From Iphione sp. A-MEVVRFRX5 (Eukaryota), in assembly GCA_976226885.1 (NCBI GenBank), contig OZ320313.1, forward strand, positions 38,440,001-38,504,000: a stretch of DNA of 64,000 bases, read 5' to 3'. The position numbers and the translations under genes were made by a program. Shown piece after piece: positions 25,969-33,184 of this stretch. Position 1 is the stretch's first letter. Each line of letters begins with the position of its first letter. The notes beneath the pieces are model-generated. The model made no database searches. It saw only the letters and a program-made list of their open reading frames with translations, and was not told where the DNA came from.

Positions 25969-26937
25969 ATGGCTAGATATTGTTCTAGATGCGACCGCAA
26001 ACATAATTCCCCTGTGGGGAAGAAATGCAGGCTTGACACCAACATTGTCTCGGACATCGCTTCGAAGGATTTCAATGTTATTGAGGGTTTGAGTCCCTCT
26101 GGTGATACGACAATTGGTGATAGGGCAGAAATGTCTGTTCCTGAAACATCCATTGGTAATGGTGAGGATTTCGCGGCTAGAATGGGAAGGTTGGAGAATA
26201 TGTTCTCAATCTTCTTGGCTTCGAATGGTGACGCTAAGGTGGTGAACGCTACTTTATCATCATTGTCGAAGGAGGCGGATGTTGACAAGAAATGTGGGTC
26301 ATCGTCAGGCGCCGCGAAGGGTGACAGCTCAAGTTATGATTCTTCATCGTCCTCTGATAGCGAGGAGGAGGACAAGAGAAAGAAAAGGCGTTCGAGGGGT
26401 AAGAAGAAGGACTTTAATATTGAAAGGGCTGTCAAAGCCAAAAAGATCGAGAATTTCGATCAACTTATGCTGGGCTCGATGAAATTACTGAAGCGGCACC
26501 TAGACAAAGAGAGAGACGTTTCCGGTTACATCGATCACCTCTTGTTTTTGCTAGAAAAACGTGTTAAAGGTGTTTATAGAGACTCATCGTTCATTGACTA
26601 TGATGCCGACATAAGGAAACGTGCAAGTAAGAAAGGTCTGAACCAGTTTAAATTTGGAGATGATGAGCTTATCAGATCGCATTTTTCATTCGACATGATG
26701 CTAGCCGGCACCCAACAGGGGAGCGGTAAGAGCAGGGTTAAAGTGAAGAAAGGCGTGGATGGTAAGAAAAGTGATAAGGTCTGCTACCGTTATAATAATG
26801 GAACATGCCACGATGTTAATTGCAATTTTAAGCATGCATGCTTGGTATGCGGTGTAGAAGATCACAAAGCGTATGAATGTGCGAAAAATGTGAATAATTC
26901 TGACAAGAGCAAAGAGCAGAAGGCCAGTAAGAAGTGA
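25969..26937 (+). CDS. gag: Gag-like ORF1 (322 aa)
   Basis: ATG 35 nt after A1. N-terminal CSRCDRKHNSPVGKKC, Ser/acidic tract, basic KRKKRRSRGKKK, and C-terminal Cys/His array CYRYNNGTCHDVNCNFKHACLVCGVEDHKAYEC. Position and motifs fit DIRS/Ngaro ORF1. Confidence 0.9.
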   Translation: MARYCSRCDRKHNSPVGKKCRLDTNIVSDIASKDFNVIEGLSPSGDTTIGDRAEMSVPETSIGNGEDFAARMGRLENMFSIFLASNGDAKVVNATLSSLSKEADVDKKCGSSSGAAKGDSSSYDSSSSSDSEEEDKRKKRRSRGKKKDFNIERAVKAKKIENFDQLMLGSMKLLKRHLDKERDVSGYIDHLLFLLEKRVKGVYRDSSFIDYDADIRKRASKKGLNQFKFGDDELIRSHFSFDMMLAGTQQGSGKSRVKVKKGVDGKKSDKVCYRYNNGTCHDVNCNFKHACLVCGVEDHKAYECAKNVNNSDKSKEQKASKK

Positions 26938-28851
26938 CTAGAAGGAGGTGTAGCTGATCCAGATAGTTCTGCGCAGTTGTTTAAATTCCCAGAATTCTTA
27001 CCAGTTGAGTATGTGGGAGTGGACAACATTTGTCAACTTTCAGATGAAGACTTGATGAACCTTCATTTAAGTGTTGATATAGGCAGTTCATGCTGGCTGA
27101 TATTTGTCGATGATAGTAGTGTCCCAGCTGGCGACAAATATGTTTTGAATTGTTACACTGTATTTAATGGCACGAGAGTGATCAAAGTGTATGATTCATG
27201 CATGAAGAATGAATGTTTATGCAACCATGTAATTGGTGAAGTGCAGAGTCCCTTATTACCTTGCAGATTCTTTAGGGGGTGTGCGTTTGGTAGTATGGAC
27301 TTGAAAAGTCGGTTATTCATCTGGGATGGCGTGGTTAATGGTTTCAAAATCGTTGATGATTCCTTCGACGGATCCTACTTCTGTAGGAATTATAACTCTA
27401 TTTTAGCAGAGCCGTTTAAGTGTCAGATGACAGAGAAGGTGATGAAGGAATTAGATGCAGGCTTTGTGAGTCTAGTCAAGGAGAGACCAAGATGTATTCA
27501 CGCAATGGGAGGAGTGCCCAAGTCGGATGGTAGTTTGAGGCCGATCACAGATTGCTCACGACCCGCTGGTGTAAGCATTAACAACTATATGGATTCCGTT
27601 TTCGAAGAATTCTCCTACAATTCGGTGGGTAGCGTGTGTCGGTTCCTATGTCATGGAGACCACATGAGTGTGGTGGACATAAGTAACGCGTACAGATCAG
27701 TGTTTGTTAGTGAGGATTGTAGGGAGGTCCAAGGCTTCACTTGGGAGTTGGAAGGAGAACAAAGATTCTTTGTTAGTAACACGCTGACTTTCGGGCTGAA
27801 ATGCGCACCATACATTTTCAGTAAGTTGTCTGATTTTGTGGTTATGGAGTACATACACAAGAAAAATGATAGGATTGTCAACTACCTCGATGACTTCATT
27901 GTATGTGGCCCAACTTATGAGGAATGTTTGGATAGCAGGTCTGTGTTGACGGATGTGATCAATGGGCTTGGTTTCATGGTGTCATGGAAGAAAGTGACAG
28001 TCCCTGATACAAAGTGCATTTACTTGGGAATCGAGATTGATAGTGTGTCCATGACCCTAAGACTCCCGGAAGGAAAGCTTGAAAAGATGAGGTCGTTGTT
28101 GCAGGAGGTCACGCTGAAGAATAAGATGAATAGGAAGGAAGGAGAGAAGCTTTCGGGTTATCTTTCCCATTGTGCTACTATTATCAACGGAGGTAGGACT
28201 TTTTGTAAGAACATTTACAGATTTGTTGATCAGCTTCCAAGGAGCAATAAGGAGGTGGAGCTGGAGAGTCATGTGTTGGATGACCTAAGTTGGTGGAAGT
28301 CTTTTGCTAGTCTATTCAATGGGATTGGAAAGATTATTTGTTGGGACAAACCGGACTTCATCTGTACCACTGATTCTTCATTTAGTGGCTTTGGTGGCTA
28401 TTTTGGAAGAGACTGGTTCGTAGGGTTTTGGGAGAGTGGCCCTGATTCAGTTGGTTGTGGTCATGTTGAACCAATCCCAAGCATGGATCTCAAGGAAAGG
28501 AATATTAACGTCTTTGAGCTTTGGCCGGTCCTTATCAGTCTCAGGAGGTGGGGACGGGTCTGGAAAGGTGGTTCTATCTTGTTCTACACAGATAACACCC
28601 AAGTCCTGCAGATGATCCGTACGGGAAGGAGCAGTAATGTCACTTGTATGTGGTGGATCAAAGAAATATTTTGGTTGTGTATGGTGTATAAAATTAGAGT
28701 GACGGCCGACTACATAAATACTAAGGAGAATGTGATTGCGGATAACCTTTCTCGTTGGTCGAAGGAAAATTTTGTGATTTGTGATGTTTGGTCTAGTTGG
28801 CTTGAGACGGCCTGTTGTAAATGGGCTTTGTCTTCTTGCAGGGAAGGTTAG
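26938..28851 (+). CDS. pol: Reverse transcriptase-RNase H ORF2 (open from the codon after the gag stop, 637 codons; first ATG at 27055)
   Basis: RT motifs RPITDCS, VVDISNAYR, LTFGLKCAPYIF, NYLDDF, YLGIEIDS. RNase H motifs TTDSSFSGFGG, INVFELWPV, YTDNTQV, NVIADNLSR, with all four acidic residues present. Confidence 0.95.
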   Translation, partial: LEGGVADPDSSAQLFKFPEFLPVEYVGVDNICQLSDEDLMNLHLSVDIGSSCWLIFVDDSSVPAGDKYVLNCYTVFNGTRVIKVYDSCMKNECLCNHVIGEVQSPLLPCRFFRGCAFGSMDLKSRLFIWDGVVNGFKIVDDSFDGSYFCRNYNSILAEPFKCQMTEKVMKELDAGFVSLVKERPRCIHAMGGVPKSDGSLRPITDCSRPAGVSINNYMDSVFEEFSYNSVGSVCRFLCHGDHMSVVDISNAYRSVFVSEDCREVQGFTWELEGEQRFFVSNTLTFGLKCAPYIFSKLSDFVVMEYIHKKNDRIVNYLDDFIVCGPTYEECLDSRSVLTDVINGLGFMVSWKKVTVPDTKCIYLGIEIDSVSMTLRLPEGKLEKMRSLLQEVTLKNKMNRKEGEKLSGYLSHCATIINGGRTFCKNIYRFVDQLPRSNKEVELESHVLDDLSWWKSFASLFNGIGKIICWDKPDFICTTDSSFSGFGGYFGRDWFVGFWESGPDSVGCGHVEPIPSMDLKERNINVFELWPVLISLRRWGRVWKGGSILFYTDNTQVLQMIRTGRSSNVTCMWWIKEIFWLCMVYKIRVTADYINTKENVIADNLSRWSKENFVICDVWSSWLETACCKWALSSCREG

Positions 28852-29161
28852 AGAATTGATGGAAAACATGCGCCGGTTGAAATCGAAGGCTTTCTCAGAA
28901 AACACCCTGAAGACGAGGAAGAAGCAAGAAGAGGTTTACCTTGTGTTTTGTAAGGATTTCGACTTCAAGCCATATCCTTGTGGTCAACACCAATTATTGT
29001 GTTATTGTTCGTACCTTTGTAGGGCGCTACATGCAAACTCGGTGAAGAATTATTTAAGTGGGCTGGTGTTTGAACACAAGATTAGGGGTCTTCAGGCTCC
29101 GGATGTCTCTGATTATAATATCAAATGGATGGTCGATGGTTTAAGGAGATCTGTAACATGA
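28781..29161 (+). CDS. Tyrosine recombinase ORF3, N-terminal (core-binding/SAM-like) part; ends at a frameshift
   Basis: KAFSENTLKTRKKQEEVYLVFC...LLCYCSYL...NSVKNYLSGL..EHKIRG...DGLRR matches the helical N-terminal domain of DIRS/Ngaro YRs. Overlaps the pol 3' end; ATG at 28859. Confidence 0.85.
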   Translation: MMFGLVGLRRPVVNGLCLLAGKVRELMENMRRLKSKAFSENTLKTRKKQEEVYLVFCKDFDFKPYPCGQHQLLCYCSYLCRALHANSVKNYLSGLVFEHKIRGLQAPDVSDYNIKWMVDGLRRSVT

Positions 29162-29787
29162 TAAGCTGGTCCTCGGACGGCTTGTCTGTGGAGGATATTA
29201 GTAAATTGTATGATGTTGTCAATTTTAGGAATCAGTTTGACTTAGTCTTCTGGTGTGCTATTTTATTAGGTTTTAGGTCGTTATTGAGGAAATGCCACTT
29301 CACAGGTAATGCTATTTTAAAGAGGGGTGATGTTATGTTGGATGACAACAAGGTCACCTTACTTATTCGTCGTTCTAAAACAGACCAATTTGGTAGTAAG
29401 CCTAGGAAAATTGTTCTTGCGTGTTGTGAGAACAAAAGGTTTTGTTTGGTGTTTTGGTTAGGGATGCTTTTCTCTATCATCAAATTGAAGAGCGACTCTC
29501 CAATTTTCAATTTTTATGTCAAATCCAAAATCTGTGAGTTAGATTACGACATCTTCCAGAGAGAATTGAAGAGGCTTTCTAAGCTAGCTGGTATAGTTGG
29601 TAGGATAACCTCCCATTCCCTGAGGAGAGGGGGTACTTCACATTTAGCGAGGTTAGGGGTTCCTCTGCACATCATCAAAGATAGAGGTGGATGGAATAGC
29701 AATGCTGTGTATACATACATTAAACCTACAGAGGATGATTTATTAGCTAAAGATCTTCCTGTTGCTTTTTCCTTGGGGTTGGCCTAA
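29125..29787 (+). CDS. Tyrosine recombinase ORF3, catalytic domain (-1 frame relative to the N-terminal part)
   Basis: Catalytic set present: R (SLLRK), K (RSKTDQ), HxxR (SHSLRRGG), W (GGWNS), Y (AVYTYI). The TAA stop at 29785-29787 lies inside repeat B1. Confidence 0.93.
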   Translation: MDGRWFKEICNMISWSSDGLSVEDISKLYDVVNFRNQFDLVFWCAILLGFRSLLRKCHFTGNAILKRGDVMLDDNKVTLLIRRSKTDQFGSKPRKIVLACCENKRFCLVFWLGMLFSIIKLKSDSPIFNFYVKSKICELDYDIFQRELKRLSKLAGIVGRITSHSLRRGGTSHLARLGVPLHIIKDRGGWNSNAVYTYIKPTEDDLLAKDLPVAFSLGLA

Positions 29788-29837
29788 TTGAGGGCATGTA
29801 TTCCCCCAATTGGTGTTCATGTGTATCACTTCAATAT
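29782..29837 (+). repeat. Split direct repeat B1 (56 bp)
   Basis: gcctaattgagggcatgtattcccccaattggtgttcatgtgtatcacttcaatat, identical to 29991-30046. Confidence 0.97.
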
Positions 29838-29980
29838 GTCGAATAAGACAGTTTATTTGAATATTGTTAGGGGATACCAAGACAACGTTCTGCATACATG
29901 GTAACCGCCATGACGACCTATGACGTCTAAGCATAGATAGAACATATTGTACACTAACCGTCATTCCACTCCGATTTTTT
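29834..29980 (+). repeat. Split direct repeat A2 (147 bp)
   Basis: Identical to A1; shares ATAT (29834-29837) with B1. Confidence 0.97.
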
Positions 29981-29984
29981 CTTT

Positions 29985-29990
29985 AATAAA
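29985..29990 (+). promoter_or_regulatory. Putative polyadenylation signal AATAAA in the A2-B2 spacer
   Basis: The spacer ctttaataaa (29981-29990) ends in the canonical hexamer directly before B2. Confidence 0.6.
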
Positions 29991-30046
29991 GCCTAATTGA
30001 GGGCATGTATTCCCCCAATTGGTGTTCATGTGTATCACTTCAATAT
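29991..30046 (+). repeat. Split direct repeat B2 (56 bp), 3' end of the element
   Basis: Identical to B1; ends ...caatat and runs into flank atgtatatt. Confidence 0.97.
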
Positions 30047-30994
30047 ATGTATATTAACTACCAACAATCACAACGCTTTTCATCGTGTTATATTAATTTG
30101 TTCCAAATCTCCTTTCTGTGATGTTCTTACTAGTCAGGGAGAAACGGTTATAAATTCTCTTGGTCACACACTGCTTTGTGACGTTCTTCTAAATAGAGCA
30201 ATGATTCTTCTGAAAAATCCATCCTTAATTATTTGGCTACAATTAATACCCCCTCCCGACAAAAAACAATAAACAAACTTAGCCAGAAAGTTCGTATACC
30301 GACCAATAATGTTTGTCGTCTCCAGAGTTCCTTCCCAACCACGTCCCACCTTCTACAGTATCCCCGTTTCCCATGACCAATGTCTCCTTCGCTCAGAGGC
30401 CAACGCACATCATATCATCATTCCGTATCAGTTTTCCCACAAGATTGCTATTTGTCCACTGCGTATATTCATGGTTAAAACTGGATCCCTTCAGTGATGC
30501 TGACCGCTGTTACCCATAGCTGCGTGAGCCCAATGCCTGTACATGTACAATATGTCCCCTAATAGTTTACCCCTTAAAGCTGCATACGATTAAGTCCATG
30601 TCGTGTTGCTCGGACATTTGTCAACAAACCAACTCTGTGGTTTTTTTAACGTCCTAGGTACTCCCTGGCTAAGAGTAGAAGCACTTAGTTATAGGAAAAC
30701 ATTGGACAAGAGAAGCTTACGGTTTTTTTAACCTCGTTGAGCGCCGGCTGCGCGTAGACATAAATTGTTTCCTAACCTCATGCATGAAACATAAGTATTT
30801 CCTATCCCTCCCAGCCCGCCCGCCAGCATGGCTCCCCATACCGCCAAACCAACCGACTACCGGTCGGGCAGCAATGCATCACTTACCACGTGACCTGGTG
30901 GTAGCCAATCAGGGCCCGTACTAGACAGACCCTACGTGCTGCCCTACACTCTGCTAAAGGCGGCCTGATAGATGAGTTTAAGGCAAATCCAAAA

Positions 30995-31012
30995 GTGTGT
31001 GTGTGTGTGTGT
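30995..31012. repeat. (GT)9 microsatellite
   Basis: Direct reading. Confidence 0.95.
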
Positions 31013-32965
31013 GGAGGGGGGTAGGGGTGGATGGAGGGTAGAATCGATATGCTTAGTTCTTTATTATTTTCTCCCTGCCTGTGTAATTCCTCTCAAACGT
31101 AACCTCATACCAATTTTTGTCTACACTAAATTTTAGAACTATTTCATGATGAAACTGATGTTGGTTCTCAACACCTGTCTGCCTTTTATTTTATTTCTGT
31201 GTGCAAGGTATTTGGCATGCTATAACATTATGGAGAGTTCTACCACTACAAAGCTACCCAGAGTACATGAATTCAGTCCAGTAAAAGATCAAATATCCTC
31301 ACAATTAAAATCATCAACCGAGCGAGGGAAAACTTAAAGCCATGATAGGTTGCATAATAATATATTGATTTTGTCCTATTTATTATCAAAGAATACCTTT
31401 ATTTCAATCTATCCTCTGTCTTGTTTTTCCCCATAGAATGGCATATCTATGATGTTCTCACGACACGACAGAAATAATTCCCATATAGATTGGTAAAATA
31501 ACTTTCACTAATGAAAACCTACAGCAACCAGACATTTGATCCAGTGATATGATTGCCCTTGCCCTATAGCTATAAATGCTGAGAGCGAAAGCGTAATATT
31601 TGTCTCCCGAATCTGAAACTCCCCTCAATGGCCTTCCCAATCCTCTATGTATGCATTGTTCCAACGCCTCGTGTGCAGTACACGTCAGCCATCAGTACCC
31701 CTCTCATCCATCCCCCTCCCTCCTCTAACCCCTACACGAGAAGGCGCACCACGCGCCCGGCTGAACCGAAACCGATGCAACGCAGATTTATTGACGCCCA
31801 TTTTCGGCGCTCTGGCGGGCGGAAATAGCCCTTGATTCGCTCATGATCGGCTCCCATGGTGTCTGAGTCAGCGGATGAGCGGCTTCGTGGGTCACCTGCT
31901 ATACGATCCCCATATACAGTGTCTACTAATAATATTTAGTTGGTCGTATCTGCATGAGAACAACGTTTGCATAGATGTGTGTGTGCATGTGTGTGTGGAT
32001 GTGAGGCTGTGTGTTCATGTGCTGGGGTGGAGAGGTGGGTGGGGTTGGGAAGGGATTTCCTCGGATTCACAGTGTGCTCTCGCATAAACACCGCATGGGG
32101 AAGTACGTTCCTAGACGAAATTATGGAAATCGGAGGAAAGATAACACCTTGTTTTCAGTGACGGTGAATGGTAACTTCCTGACCATCATAAGACAAACTA
32201 GGATAGTAGTTATATTATCATGGTTATATCAGAGAAATAAGGATATTGGATTTGTTAAAGATATCTGCGTATGAGATGTATCAGTTCAAGGGATTACATG
32301 CAGACAAGCATATTGTCACAGGTATCCATCTCCACAGCCAATAGAAAAAAATTGACAAAAAGTCAATATTTAGCAGGTAGTAACCCACTTTTATTCCAGG
32401 TTCGCACTATCCAAGTTCTCTTCCAATGCTAACAAATCAATTAGCTACAGAATGTCCCCTTGGAATTCAGAATCGAGGGACGGTACGATTTCGTAGGAAT
32501 GTTAAGGTAATGTTGAGGTTAATCGGTGTATTTAAGATCCTTAAAAAGCTCTATTTTGAAGGTGAGCAATTGATTCAACAAGCGCAAGGGATCAAGTACA
32601 CAGTGTGGAGCTCCCCCTTCCTCCTCCATTCCTACTAGCGACCCTCCTCAGTGCCTTGTTCAACGCTGGTCCATTTTGACCATTACGCTGGCGGGACCTC
32701 TCGTGCGAGATCTCGCGTGATCATATCATGACGCATGGCGCCCGCTAGCGGGCCGAGTAGTACCCCCTTGGAATTTCGATTTGAAATTCCAAGTGGCGGC
32801 CGCAGATTGGGGGTAAATGGGTACCTGCCGAGGGCGGAGGGATTGGGAACGTGTCTAGGGATTGCTTATGACCACTGGGCATCAGGGGAGAGCTGCTCAC
32901 TCCAATTAGTTTAGGAATCGGGTGCCAGGTGGCGCTAATGACATCAGATGAACCCACAGCATCAT

Positions 32966-33184
32966 CTACGCTACTGGATGTGCATCCCTGAACACCTTGC
33001 TCGTACTCCCCATGAATCTGGGCCCCCATCTTGATGGGTCTGCTTTGTCAGCATTCTCTATATAGCATTCTCGCCGGATTGAATAACTCTCAGACAGGCC
33101 AACCAAAAGGAACAAATAAAAAGCACCAAAAATCGTATGGTAAAGCAAATGATGGCGTAGGAAAATAGCTTTCATTAAAGGCAC
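32966..33184 (-). CDS. Candidate exon encoding a signal-peptide-like N-terminus (69 aa from ATG at 33175)
   Basis: Strong minus-strand acceptor ttttatttttccttacag| ends at 33185. ATG follows 9 nt later: MKAIFLRHHLLYHTIFGAFYLFLLVGLSESYSIRRECY..., with hydrophobic core IFGAFYLFLLVGL. No recognised homology. Confidence 0.3.
   Translation of the reverse strand: MPLMKAIFLRHHLLYHTIFGAFYLFLLVGLSESYSIRRECYIENADKADPSRWGPRFMGSTSKVFRDAHPVA

Larger units (their letters stand above)
25787..30046 (+). mobile_element. Ngaro-type tyrosine recombinase retrotransposon (DIRS order) with split direct repeats, 4260 bp
   Basis: A1(25787-25933)-gag-RT/RNaseH-YR-B1(29782-29837)-A2(29834-29980)-B2(29991-30046). This split-direct-repeat layout with YR and no integrase or protease is the established PAT/Ngaro-type structure. 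No TSD; ATAT at both ends. Confidence 0.95.

Noticed and set aside
25741-26004. Minus-strand ORFs 25741-26004 and 29743-29964 sharing an identical peptide
   Set aside because: The identity is just antisense translation of the A1 and A2 repeats.
28447-28905. Antisense ORFs inside the element (25914-26288, 27153-27347, 27651-27881, 28057-28272, 28447-28905, 29232-29510)
   Set aside because: Shadow ORFs of the coding strand with no recognisable motifs.
29138-29161. Programmed -1 ribosomal frameshift in YR
   Set aside because: No canonical slippery heptamer in frame; an indel or assembly error is simpler. Kept only as a testable alternative.
28781-29787. Prophage or bacterial integrase, or contamination
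   Set aside because: The YR is linked to a DIRS-type RT-RNase H and split direct repeats, embedded in eukaryotic repeat-rich DNA.
25787-30046. Conventional LTR retrotransposon or retrovirus
   Set aside because: No TG...CA LTR pair, PBS, protease, DDE integrase or TSD. The repeats are split (A...BAB) and a tyrosine recombinase is encoded.
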